Source: Anolis carolinensis (lineage: Eukaryota). From it: a DNA stretch of 64,000 nucleotides. The notes under the pieces are model-generated. The model had not been told where the DNA came from. It did not search any database and worked only from the letters and a program-made list of their open reading frames with translations. A program made the position numbers and the translations under genes. Location of the stretch: assembly GCF_035594765.1 (NCBI RefSeq), contig NC_085842.1, positions 30,232,782-30,296,781 on the forward strand, written 5' to 3'. Of the stretch, positions 50,109-62,642 are shown piece after piece (position 1 is the stretch's first letter; each line of letters starts with the position of its first letter).

Positions 50109-50255
50109 AGCGCCGAAATCAGCGGTGGACTGCCGTGCAGTGTCTCAAGTGTGGTCTAACTAAGCGTTTCCTTAGCAATCCTAACTACAAACTGTGGTCA
50201 GAACAGCCTGAAGCATTACTAGAGAATCAGGCATCAGCCAATGCAGGAGGAAAAG
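50109..50255 (+). CDS. RPP21: RPP21 coding exon 4 (KRRNQRWTAVQCLKCGLTKRFLSNPNYKLWSEQPEALLENQASANAGGK)
   Basis: Second CxxC plus QRWT, RFL, LW..PEA motifs; phases fit. Confidence 0.93.
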
Positions 50256-51168
50256 GTAATTGTTTCCTTTCATTTACTGCATATACGCAAGTGTAAGCCA
50301 GGGCACCTAATTTTATCACAAAAAACTGGGACTCAAGTATAAGACGAGGGTGGGAAATGCAGCAGCTACTGATGAATTTTGACACTGCATTATATGGTCA
50401 TCATAGGCTCAAATAATGCAGTTTAACTACATTGAACAGCATGATAGGAGCCCACACTGACCACGTAATACAGTGTAGATAGGCTCTTAGTCAGTTCATG
50501 CAAGATCAAGTTGCATATCGTGCATTTTGTTACTGAAGTATCAAAGCATATTTCAACCTCTATAAACAGGTCTAGTATTGCATTTTTCTATTATTCCAAA
50601 ATGTATGTGTTTTCCAGTAGAAAACAGTAATTTTTTAACATTGCTCCGTGGCATCAGAATTTCTGAAAATTCCTGACACTCCTGAAAGAGTTATCGTGAA
50701 AGAAAGATGTCTTCAGTTTTTTTACTAATTGTTTCCACAACAAGCCAAATTTTTCAAAATCCAATTATCATAGGAACAGAAAGTGAGGTGAAATCTTCTG
50801 AACAGGGGCACAGACAGCAAAACAAACACCACAGGAGTGTGAACCCTTCTTTATGCTATCCAAAGCTTGTATGTATGCGTGTGTGTAGATATATATATAA
50901 ATATAGTTACACTTAAAAATGTACCTGTTCTGAATTACATGCAAATACAGCTTAAGATCAAACCTACAGAACCTGTCTTGTTCATAACTTGGAGACTGCC
51001 TGTATCTGTAATGTGAATGTTTAAACTGGACTGCAAAACAGAGTTTCTCTTCCAAAACTAAAGGTAGGAAATAACTTCTGTAAATTAAGGTAGCCAGAAG
51101 GTGTTATACTATGTCACTATTTTGGAAGGCTAGAGGGTGATGAAGGAGCGCCCCTTCATCATCCTGTA

Positions 51169-51503
51169 AAAGGTAAAGGTAAAGGTTTTCCCCTGACATT
51201 AAGTCTAGTCGTGTCCGACTCTGGGGGTTGGTGCTCATCTCCATTCCTAAGCCGAAGAGCCAGCGTTGTCCATAGACACCTCCAAGATCATGTGGCCGGC
51301 ATGACTGCATGGAGCGCCGTTACCTTCCCACCGGAGCAGTACCTATTGATCTACTCACATTAGCATGTTTTTGAACTGCTAGGTTGGTAGAAGCTGGAGC
51401 TAACAGTGGGATCTCACTCTGCTCTCCAGATTCAAACCGTTGACCTTTTGGTCAGCAAGTTCAGCAGCTCAGCGGTTTAATCCATTGCGCCACCGGGGGC
51501 TCC
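51169..51503 (-). mobile_element. Sauria SINE
   Basis: Full length; TSD tcatcctgta. Confidence 0.92.
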
Positions 51504-51782
51504 TCTCATCCTGTAGCCTCCTGAAATAGCAATCATGTGACCACAGACATTTTGTTAATTGGGAGGGCTGCTGAAAATCACTTGATGTGAAGAATGTTGT
51601 AATTGGAAGCGTTCTTGGACTGAGATGAGGAAACCATTGTCCTCCAAATAGTGGCAGACTGTAATGTTTATCATCCTCTGCTAGGACTGGTGTTGCAGTC
51701 CATCAATATTTGGAGGGCCATACCTTCCCCTCTTCTAATTGAATTACCTTCAAAGCCGTTCTTTCCTTGTTTCTTTCTCCAG

Positions 51783-51934
51783 GCCAGATAAGTGGCTCAT
51801 TCCAACAGCCCCACAAAGGTCCTCAAGGGAAAAAGACAACAGCCTCAAGTTCTGAACCTCAGAGTCATCCTGCCCCCAAGGAGGCCACAGTAGGCGTCAA
51901 GTCTAAAGGGAAGGACAATCCTAGTGAAAAGTGA
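51783..51934 (+). CDS. RPP21: RPP21 last coding exon (low-complexity tail ...KGKDNPSEK*)
   Basis: Long polypyrimidine tract plus ccag; phase-1 join open for 50 codons; total CDS 531 nt = 176 aa. Confidence 0.75.
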
Positions 51935-52484
51935 AATGGAAGCTTCTCATTCAGGCTGACAGCTGTGGTAATCATGTTTGGTGGTTGAAAGGAGGTGTGA
52001 TGGAGAACCAAACAATGTAAAAAAGGTGATTTGCCATGGAGATAAATTCACAGTTTATTTTTGCAAGCCAAAGTATAACATATTACTGGCTGGGCATGGA
52101 TAGTTCAAACAAGAGGAGTTCCTGAATAAAGATTCCCTTTTCTTTGGAAACCAATTTGTGAGGGAAAGTGGGTCTTTTGGGGCCAACCAACAGTCCACAT
52201 TAGTAATATCTTTCCCACCATCTTCACAGCTAGAAATTCCTTTTGCCTCTAATACCCCCTTTGTGCCTGTAATCCTGCCTTTCATCTGCCTGGATTAGAA
52301 TTTACCTAATTCCCCCACCTGGACTACAATTTACCTAATTGCCATGGGGCTAGAAATGTTAATGTCAGGAAATTTTGGTAAACTTGTTCTCACACTAAAA
52401 GCTGAGGGAAAGACTTCTCAAAGAAGGTGATTGCACCAATTCAATGTGATAATGGTATATGCAAAAGTTATGTAAAAACTTTGA

Positions 52485-52490
52485 AATAAA
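52485..52490 (+). terminator. Candidate RPP21 polyadenylation signal (alternative at 52125-52130)
   Basis: AATAAA followed by GT-rich sequence. Confidence 0.5.
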
Positions 52491-52829
52491 GTTTTGTTCC
52501 AAATGGTTCCACTTGTGTTACCTTTACATTGTATACACCCTTGGTTAAAAACATAGCATGTGGCACAGTTTCACAATAATCTACATTAACCCACTAACTT
52601 AAGCATGCAGACCTCTTTTAAGTCTGAAAGTCAAGGAAATTATAGGAAGAACATATTTCAGTCGTGGGTGAGCCCAGAAGCAAAAAGGTGAGTTCAGGGG
52701 TTTAGTTACTGGAGGGGGGACAAAATAAAGACATTGTCCTCAATAAGAAGTTTTTTCCCCAAAACATTGTCCTTCAGGCTCCAAATTTCTAGCGTTGCAT
52801 TAACATAAAACTTATTTTCGTTGTTGCTG

Positions 52830-53262
52830 AAGGCTTTAATGGCCAGAATCATTGGGTTGCTGTGAGTTTTCCTGGCTGTATGGAGATGTTCCAGAGGCAT
52901 TCTCTCCTGATGCTTCACCCACATCTGTGGCAGGCATCCTCAGAGGTGTTAGGTCTGTTGGAAACTAGGAAAGTGGGTGAAAACAGGAGCTCCAGACATG
53001 AAACAATCAGGGCCAGTTAACACCTCCCAACAAATGATTCCTTAAGGCAAGAAGCAGCCAGGCATTGAATCTGCAAGGCCACTAAACGCTAATCAAGGTG
53101 ATCAGTTGCAACATTCACACTTGCCTCAAACAGACAAGAGTTCTTTCTCCCGACTGGGACTTTTCACAGATATATAAATCTCACCTGCCTAGTTTCCAAC
53201 AGATCTCACACCTCTGAGGATGCCTGCCATAGATATGGGTGAAATGTCAGAAGAGAGTGCTC
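52830..53262. mobile_element. Penelope pLTR inverted pair
   Basis: Minus-strand pLTR ~52830-52980 facing plus-strand pLTR ~52985-53262; both hammerheads mutated. Confidence 0.8.
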
Positions 53263-53700
53263 TGGGTCACATTTGCATTGTCTCCATTGTCAGGTGACTA
53301 CTTTTGGGAATAAAACTTGTTTCACAATTGAACTCAAAAACCTTTCACTTGCCTCCTGATGCTGTGAAACAATAAAAATGACAAAGCACCATGCAGGACA
53401 AGAGTTGCAAAAGCTACAATGAGGTGCTTTTACATGATTCATTAAAGTTACAAGAAGTGTTCCTAATGTAGCCTTTGTGTAAGTACAGAGAGGCACAATG
53501 AATATGCATTGCATTGTGTGTTTCTGAGAAGCAATGTGTAACCATCAGCATGAGTCAAGTGTTTTTCAAAATGTCGTGCCCGTATTATCCATTTTAATGC
53601 TCTGTATTTTTAAATTGATTCACATAATCTTCATAGTTACCCTATATGTTTTATCACTGCCTGGTTAGTTCTTCGTTGTTGTTTCAAGTTGATAATAATA

Positions 53701-54010
53701 ATACATCACACAAACCTAAACGCTTGGGAAGTGTTCGACTTGTGATTCTGTGATATGAAATCCAGCATATATATCTTGTTTGCGGTGTCATATTCTGTCT
53801 TTGTGTCAATAATAATAATAATAATAATAAGCATTGACAAAATCACAATCTGTCAACTGCAAAAGGCCACCTTATTTGTATCGGTGCGCATCATCCAAAA
53901 ATACATCATACAGTCCTAAACACTTGGGAAGTGTTCGACTTGTGATTTTGTGATACGAAATCCAGCATATCTATCTTGTTTGCTGTGTCATACAATGTCG
54001 TTGTATCAAA
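53701..54010 (+). mobile_element. Two tandem 5'-truncated Dong/R4-like LINE ends in (TAA)n
   Basis: IDKITICQLQKATLFVSVRIIQKYIIQS* C-terminus; the same 3' UTR twice, each flanked by TAA repeats. Confidence 0.7.
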
Positions 54011-55624
54011 ATAATAATAATAATAATATGCCATCAGGCACAGATAGCATAATATTTCGTCATTTGGTTTCTCCCAACTAAAAGGAGCCACTGCCAATGA
54101 TCTTAATAACTGAGATGGTATGTATTAGAACATATGAACAGCTTGATTCCAAGCTATTAAGGGTGGTATTGATCAAAGGATGATATTGATCAAAACCAAC
54201 ACAGCCTTAGGCATGATATTGTTCTTTGCTGGTTGCTTGCATGTGTGTAATGGAAGACCTTCCCAATCTGCAATCTATGCACCATATCTGATACGATCTC
54301 TTGATAACGAGGGCTGTGTTTGCCTACACTTACAACACAGACATTAGACACAGTTATCGGTGATTTCTAAGAACAGATACAGGAAAATCTATGGTTAAAT
54401 CTGAAAACAGACTGCAATCTGATAAAGAAGACCTGCCTAAAAATCATTATAGCCTCTCCAAAGGCCTTTAGTTTTGCCAACTGAACCAGAAACATAGCAA
54501 TTATTGACACAATCTGCTTTGAAAGAGCTTTCTCAATTCCCTGTCAGTGTCTTTGTGTTATAAGGGCGGAAATGGCATTGACAGGTCTGAAATTTCTAGC
54601 AAATACTGGTGTGAAATGTTCAGCTTTAGTGGGGATGTTACAGTTTGGGATTAGTACGTGTGGGAACTAAGGTTTGCGTATCTCCTGAAACCCAAAGCTA
54701 TTTATTAGTATTTATTACTGTTCAAGCTATTGGTTGATGATGTTGTTTTTATGTTGTTTAAATTTTATTGAGTTGTGTTTTTAATCTATATCTGATCGGG
54801 CTTGTCCCCATGTAAGCCGCTCCAAGTCCCTTCGAGGAGATGGAGATGGGATACAAAAATAAAGTTATTATAATATTATTATTAAAACTTTCTGAGTAAC
54901 AGCATGTTGGATTGGGTCTTTTTCATTCTTTCTCCCTTTACCTGACCCAACTCAGAGGTTTGCTATGTGAGGATGGCAAACTATGTCGTCTTCGGTGCTT
55001 TGGATGAAATACAAAATATAAATGAAATAAGAAATATTTGCTAGTATAATCTCGTTTGTTCATAGTGTACATTGCTATTTCAGAGAATATACTTATAGCA
55101 ACTCTAATGCAAGCCTATGATGTGGTTTTCTTGGTAAGATTTGTTCACCGAGAGTTTATCATTGCTGTCCTCTGCAACTGAGAAGCTATAACTTTCCAAA
55201 GATCATCCAGTGGGTTTCCATAGGCAATCGGAGATCTGCAACCTGGTTTTCTGAGCCAACATTCAAATAACTACACTACACTGGCTTTCTGTGCATCTCC
55301 AATGGATAATTTAGAGTTGTCTGGACTCCATCCTATCAATAATGGAATGTATTCTTTGGTGAAGCACTTAATTGTGGTAGGAACAGTAATGAGTTGCATT
55401 AAATGAAGCTGGTACAAAATGACAATGTAATATAGTGATTTGAGTGTTGGACTATGGAATAATAGGGTTCAATTTCCAACTCAGTTGCGGAAACCGACTG
55501 GGAATGTCATATTCTCTTTTGATTAGAGGAAGAACATGGCAAAACTCTTCTGAATATCTGTTGCCAAGAAAACCCCATTATAAGATCGACATAAGTGTTG
55601 AAGGTTTCTAACAATAAGCAAAAA

Positions 55625-55845
55625 GGGTTGTTGTATGTCTTTCGGGCTGTGTGGCTATGTTCCAGAAGTATTCTCTCCTGACGTTTCGCCCACATCTATG
55701 GCAGGCATCCTCAGAGGTTGTGAGGTATAGATAAACTAAGTAAGGAAAGGAAAGAATATGTATCTGTGTAGAGTCCAGGATGTGGCAAGAGTCCTTTGTC
55801 ACTGGGAGCCAGCATTAATGTTTCAGTTAATCACCCTAATTAGCA
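55625..55845 (-). mobile_element. Penelope pLTR fragment
   Basis: Homologous to 36650-36870. Confidence 0.85.
55677..55717 (-). ncRNA. Minimal type I hammerhead ribozyme (intact core)
   Basis: Exact reverse complement of 36778-36818. Confidence 0.8.
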
Positions 55846-56972
55846 AAAAATATTACTAGCAGCAGAAGCAGGAGACAGGCAATAGAATGTCTTTGTGTGA
55901 CGTATGATATTATTTTATGTGATGTGCTTAATAATGTTTAATGTTTTATTAGGGGAAAGTCACCTTTGATGTTTTATACTGTTTTTTATCGAGGGCATTG
56001 AATTGTTGCCAACACTGTGAACCGCCCTGAGTCCCCTTCGGGGTTGAGAAGGGAAGTATATAAATACCGCAAATAATAACAAATAATAAAGGGCCGGTTC
56101 ATCGAGGTGTGCACAGTTTCACCATTGTTATCTCTATTATCATGTGTTGTAGTGTTCCAAGGCAGTGGGATAAAAGAAATCGATGCATGAACTGCACAAA
56201 ATTATCCTTTCTTTGTGCCACATTGAACCATCTTAGAAGTAATGTTTGTTTCTCACTAACTGTCAGGGTTGCGGGAATCCTAATATTGAATAGGCACTAG
56301 ATGGCACCATAATGCCATGCACCAAATTGAGGAACCTAACATTATGGACTATCACACAGCATAAAAGCAGGACCATGACCTAGGATGATGGTTCCTAACC
56401 CTTAGTCCTCCAGGTGTATAATTCCTAACAGCTTGCAAGATGGCTGGGATTTTGTTGAGTTGAAGTCCAAAACACCAGAAGGACCAAAGTTTCGGCACCA
56501 CTGATCTAAGGGGATGCAATATAGTCCATCACATCTGCTTTTAAGCCTACTTGGCTATCAAGGGGCAAAACCCATCTATAGCACTTCAGTCCTGGAACTT
56601 TCCTGAAAACCTGAAAACATGGCTCTTCCGTGGTGCTTTTGGAGAGTAATTACTACATACATCCCCTCTACTGCTCTCCTCCAATATCTGTCTTCCAGAT
56701 TGCACCACTACTTTATTACCCTGTTCTCTGTGGTTTTTACTCTTATTTCTCTTCTCACCCCGGGTTTTAACTTAGTGTTCATGTGGCCCGCCCTTATTTT
56801 ATTGTTCTTCTGATTTTGTGTAATGTAGTGTATATTATCTTTTATTGTATTGTTCAATGTGTTATGACTTGTTGTTCTATTTATATTCTGTTATATTGTA
56901 TTGTTCTGGGCATGGCCCCATGTAGCCGCCCCAAGTCCCCACTGGGGAGATAGTGGCGGGGTATAAATAAAG

Positions 56973-56973
<1 letters not shown>

Positions 56974-57016
<43 letters not shown>
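56974..57016. repeat. (ATT)n microsatellite, tail of an L2-type 3' end
   Basis: Direct reading. Confidence 0.85.
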
Positions 57017-57018
<2 letters not shown>

Positions 57019-58859
57019 CTGGTGCAATGAGGTCAAAGCACTGTAGTGTCACTTTGGTGATATCTAGAGGTGGGATTGTCCCCTCCAGGATAGTGGCTTC
57101 GTGTAGCAATAACCTTTGTTAGTGTAATAGGTTAGTGGAGTGGCATCAGAAGAAAGAACTGGCATAACCACCCTTGGCTGAGAAAACCCAATGGAACTAA
57201 TGGAGTCACCATAAGATGATTTGAAGGTGTGTGTGCACACACACATAGGAGAAGCTATTGTGCTTATTGCAATTCTACGATGTTGTAGCATATCTTGAAA
57301 CTCTTTCTCAACTTATGGCAAATATATGACCTATCATGAGGCATTCTTGGCAAGTTTTGTTTAGAGGAAGAATTGCCATTGCCTGGGAGGATGAGAGAGT
57401 GTGACTTGCCCGAGGTCACCCAGTGGGTTCCATGACCCAGCAGGGAAACGAACCCTGGTTTTTCAGACTCCGCTAATGCTGGCCATCAGTATTGTTCATC
57501 ATGCACATTGTATTCCTGTTGGGTTTCGCACCTAATATCCCTGTGCCATATTGCACAGAAGCTCCAAACCAAGCTTTCTTCTTGTTGTTACTGTCGTTGT
57601 TTGTTATCAGATCATCTTCAACTCATTTTCAACAAATTACAAAAAATACTCTTTCGTATTGTGTTGTTTGCCAACTGGCTTCCATTTCTGGCAATGCTAC
57701 AAATGAGAGATCAACAGCCCTGCTCTGGTCTTGCAAATTTAGGGTTGGAGCTTTCATGACTGAATCCATCCATCAGAAATGTGACCTTGTCCTTTTACTA
57801 CTTCTTTCCACTTTTCCCAGGACTGTCATCTTTTCAAATGAGTCTTGTTGTCCTATAAAGAAATGTCAGCTTTATCGTTTTGCCTTATACTGAGAGTTCA
57901 AGTGTGAATTTCCGTGATATTCACAGAAGTCTCCCCCTGCACCATATTGGCAGAAGCTGGAGCTAACAGCAGGAGCTCACCCCGCTTCCCAGATTCAACA
58001 AGTTCAGCAGCTCATCGGTTTAACCTGCTGCACCATCAGGGGCTTCATATATATATAACCATTCATAAAAATCCAAAATACCATGGCTTTGATGATTCTG
58101 ATTTTGGTATTTAATTATATATTTTTTACACTTGAGAATCTTGTGTCTTTCCCTTCCAGGTATTAGCCTTCTTCTACTCTCTTGATCTACGCTCCATGTT
58201 AATGATTAAGCCACGGTATAGAAAATCCTTAATTATGTCGTTGCCTTCATTACCCACTTTAAAGTCATCCCCACGATGACAAGACAATCCAAACCAGATT
58301 ACCATCTGCTATAGAGCGAGATGTGGGAAAGGATTGCTTCTGCCTAAATCCTATTATTAACCTCAACTAGGGTAAGCCCACTGTGTCTGTGGAACTTACA
58401 TAAGTATTGACACATCCCATGACTCGATGGGCTCGCTGTGGTTGGAGCTAACCTTTGATGTAATGCTAGTTATAAAGGATGGAAGAAGAAACAGCTACAA
58501 ACATACACAGTGTGATGTCGTTGAACTAGAATTCCCAGGACGCTTCACTATTTAGGGTTTTGCAATCCAACATCTAGAAGATCTCATGCTGCTGTAGAAT
58601 ATTCTCATCTCAAGACCATCCAGTGCTTCAGTGATGGTTTATTTGGTACTATTGAATTTAGGCCTAAATCAATGCTTCTCAAAGTGGTGCTTTGTTGAAC
58701 AGTGCCAGTCCATAGGTTTCCAAGAAAGAAAGAAAAAACCAACTGTATCCAATAAGTACAAATATAGTACTTATCCCTGGCATAGTGGGGGAACGGGGAC
58801 CTGCCAGTCTATCACATACAGTATATATATTTGTATACTGCTTGTTTAGATATGCACGC

Positions 58860-59882
58860 ACACATAGTGTATATATAGGAGAGACGTAACACATGCACTG
58901 GCACATCTATGGATGTGACGAGTATACAGAACACTATGTGTGTGTGTGTGTGTGTGTCTAAACAAACAGTATATAAATATTTGTATAGGAAAGACACAAC
59001 ATATGAACAGGCACATCTATGGGTGTGACAAGTATACAGGAGGAACACACACACATACACACACACACATAGTATATATATGTATATAGGAGAGACATAA
59101 CACATACACAGGCACATCTATGGATGTGACAAGTATATAGAACACTATATGTGTGTGTGTGTGTATCTAAACAACCAGTATATAAATATTTGTATAGGAA
59201 AGACATAACATATGAACAGACACATCTATGGGTGTGACAAGTATACAGGAGGAATATATACACACACATACACCATATATAAATAAATGTATAGGAGAGA
59301 CACAACACATGTACAGACACATCTATGGGTGTGAAAGTATACAGGAGGAACACACAATATATATAAGTCTATGGGAGAAACACAACACATGCACAGATAC
59401 ATCTTTGGGTGTGACAAGTATACAGGAGGAACACATTATATACACACACACACCGTATATAAATATATGTGAAGGAGAAGGCAAAACACATGCACAGATA
59501 CATTTATAGGTGAGACAAGTATACAGAAGGAACATATATATACATACACATGCATATATACACATACATATACACACAGTATATAAATATATGTATAGGA
59601 GAAACACAGTGCATGCACAGACACATCTATGGGTGTGACAAGTATACAGGAGGAACACTATATATATACACACACACACACACACACAGAGTATATATAT
59701 GTGTAGGAGGGACACAACAAATGGACAGACACATCTATGGGTGTGACAAGTATACAGGAGGAACACTATATATATATACAGAGAGAGAGAGAGAGAGAGA
59801 GTATATATATGTGTAGGAGGGACACAACAAATGGACAGACACATCTATGGGTGTGACAAGTATACAGGAGGAACACATTATA

Positions 59883-59916
<34 letters not shown>

Positions 59917-60167
59917 CATACACACACAGTATATAAATATACGTATAGGAGATATACACATGCACAGTAGTGTTATATCAATGGGTGTGACAAGCATACA
60001 GGAGGAACACATTATATATATGTGTGTGTATGTATATATTATATTTATATATATATAAACACAGCATCTAAATATACATTTAGGAGAGATACACATGCAC
60101 AGTAGTGTTGTAACAACAAATGGACAGACACATTTATGGGTGTGACAAGTATACAGGAGGAACACAT

Positions 60168-60211
<44 letters not shown>

Positions 60212-60315
60212 CACATACATACACACACAGTATATAAATATACGTATAGGAGAGATACATATGCACAGTAGTGTTGTAACATCAATGGGTGTGACAAGCA
60301 TACAGGAGGAACTCC
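58860..60315. repeat. Composite minisatellite, ~13 units of a conserved core with variable dinucleotide spacers
   Basis: Core acacatctatgggtgtgacaagtatacaggaggaacac recurring every ~80-150 bp. Confidence 0.92.
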
Positions 60316-60369
60316 TCTCCCTAATATATACACATATAGACACATGGCATGTTGCTCACAATATATACA

Positions 60370-61200
60370 GTGCACGAGGCGTGTGTGTGTGTGTGTGTCT
60401 TTGGCAGGGACTGGGGAATGCCAGGAATGCGACTGGTCCTGGGAGGGATGGACTGGACACAGTCAGGCTCCATTCGGTCCTATGGGAGGCTGTTCCGACA
60501 GCAGCCCCCCCCCCCCCCCCGGCCCGGAATCTCGGCGGAAGGAAAGCGCTGAAATCTCAGCCCTTGCCGATCCGCCCACCCCGCCACCCCCCTCCGCGCC
60601 TCTGCCCGCCAGGCCCCGCCCCCTTTCCATTGTCCTCCCCTCCTGTTTATACACAAAGACCCCCGGTCCCCTTTCCCCTCTCTGTCTGCCTGTCTCCTCC
60701 TCCTCCTCGCCCTCCTCCTCCTCCGCTCTTTCTTTCTCTTCTCTCCCTTCTTTTCCTCTCTTTCTTTTCCAGCCTTCCTATTCTCTCTTCCTTCCTTCCT
60801 TCCCCCCCTCCTCTCCCTCTCTTTCCATCTTGGGTTAAAGGATTTGAGCCATGGGGCTGGAGGTGGAGCTGGGCAGAAGATTTAAAAAAGCGGGTGTGAG
60901 AAGGGATTGAGAGGAGGAGGGGGGGAGGGAGGGGAGGGAAGGGACTGGCCAACCAAACCCTCCCTCTCTTCCTTCCTCCCTTCTTTCCTTCCTTCCTTCC
61001 CTGGCAAGGCAGCCCTGACTCAGATCCTCCGCCCGAATCTCCTCCCTTCTTTCTCTTGCTTTTGGGGGACAGAGAGTGAGTGGCAGGCAGGCAGGAAGGA
61101 AAGAAAGAAAAAGGAACTTCTCAACCATCGCCACTTCTTCATCCCCAGACATGGACCCCGCGGAGGACCCAGCCCACCTTCTGCCCCACATCTCTTGATC
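60370..61200 (+). promoter_or_regulatory. GC/CpG-rich promoter and probable first (5' UTR) exon of an unidentified plus-strand gene
   Basis: CpG cluster, GC boxes (ggccccgcccc ~60612), CT- and GA-rich tracts, donor gtgagt at 61201. Confidence 0.6.
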
Positions 61201-61225
61201 GTGAGTAGCCAGGGAAGCCTTCTTG

Positions 61226-62337
61226 TTTTCTCTCCTGGCGTTTCGCCTGCATCTGTGGCAGCCACCCTCAGAGGTAGTGAGGTCTGTTGGGAACTAGGCA
61301 AGTGGGGTTGGTATATGCTGCTGCTCAGTCGTTTAGTCGTCTCCGACTCTTCATGACCTCATAGTTTTGTGAAGTGGCCCATTCCAGTCCACTGTCTATC
61401 TTTAATCTTGACATCTCACCAATAACCACATCCAGTTTGTATATATCTGTGGAATAATGTCCAGGGTGGGAGAAAGAAAGGACTCTTGTCTGTTTGAGGC
61501 AGGTGTGAGTGTTGCACTTGGCCAGCTTGATTAGCACTGAATAGCCTTGCAGCTTCAAAGCCTGGCTGCTTCTTGCCTAGGGGAATCCTTTGTTAATAAT
61601 AATTGGGTTGTTGTGTGTTTTCCGGGCTGTATGGCTATGTTCCAGAAACATTCTCTCCTGACGTTTCGCCTGCATCTGTGGCAGGCACCCTCAGAGGTTG
61701 TGAGGTCTGTTGGGAACTAGGCAAGTGGAGTTTGTATATACAGTAGAGTCTCACTTTATCCAACATAAACGGGCCGGCAGAACATTGGATAAGCAAATAT
61801 GTTGCATAATAAGGAGAGATGAAGGAGAAGCCTATTAAACATCAAATTAGGTTATGATTTTACAAATTAAGCACCAAAACATCATGTTATACAACAAATT
61901 TGACAGAAAAAGTAGTTCAATACGCAGTAACGCTATGTAGTAATTAATGTATCTACAAATTTAGCACCAAAATATCACGATATATTGAAAACATTGACTA
62001 CAAAAATGCGTCGGATAATCCAGAACGTTGGATAAGCGAGTTGGATAAGTGAGACTCAATTAACTGTATCTATGCAATAATGTCCTGGATGGGAGAAAGA
62101 AAGGACTCTTGTCTGTTTGAAGCAGGTGTGAATGTTGCACTTGGCCAGCTTGATTAGCACTGAATAGCCTTGCAGCTTCAAAGCCTGGCTGCTTCCTGCC
62201 TAGGGGAATTCTTTGTTAATAATAACTTTGGGTTGTTGTGTGTTTTCTGGGCTGTATGGCTATGCTCCAGAAGCATTCTCTCCTGATGTTCTGCCCACAT
62301 CAATGGCAGACATCCTCAGAGGTTGTGAGCTATACAC

Positions 62338-62406
<69 letters not shown>

Positions 62407-62540
62407 CAGTATATAATGTGTTCCTCCTGTATACTTGTCACAACCATAGAAACACCAGGAGAGAATGCATCTGGAACATAGCCATACAGCCCGGAAAACA
62501 CACAACAACCATGTGATTCCAGCCATGAAAGCCTTCGACA
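61226..62540. mobile_element. Tandem/inverted Penelope pLTR copies (three minus-strand, one plus-strand arm)
   Basis: Repeated ctcctgacgtttcgcc...ctcagaggttgtgag blocks at ~61232, 61656, 62280. Confidence 0.85.
61741..62057. mobile_element. Tc1/mariner-type MITE (family A) nested in Penelope
   Basis: TIRs; Penelope sequence resumes after it. Confidence 0.85.
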
Positions 62541-62642
62541 GCACAACAGTAACTTTATTTTTATATCCCTCCACTATCTCCCCAAAGAGAGCGGGGGCGG
62601 CTTACAAGGGAACCAAGCCCAATAATAACAAGCTTAACCAAG

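Noticed and set aside
58860-60315. CRISPR array
   Set aside because: Vertebrate context, no cas genes, and the spacers are microsatellites of variable length rather than unique sequences
58812-60375. Cys/Tyr/His-rich ORFs
   Set aside because: Translation artefacts of the minisatellite
60120-60899. 259-aa Pro-rich ORF
   Set aside because: Made of satellite and low-complexity promoter sequence
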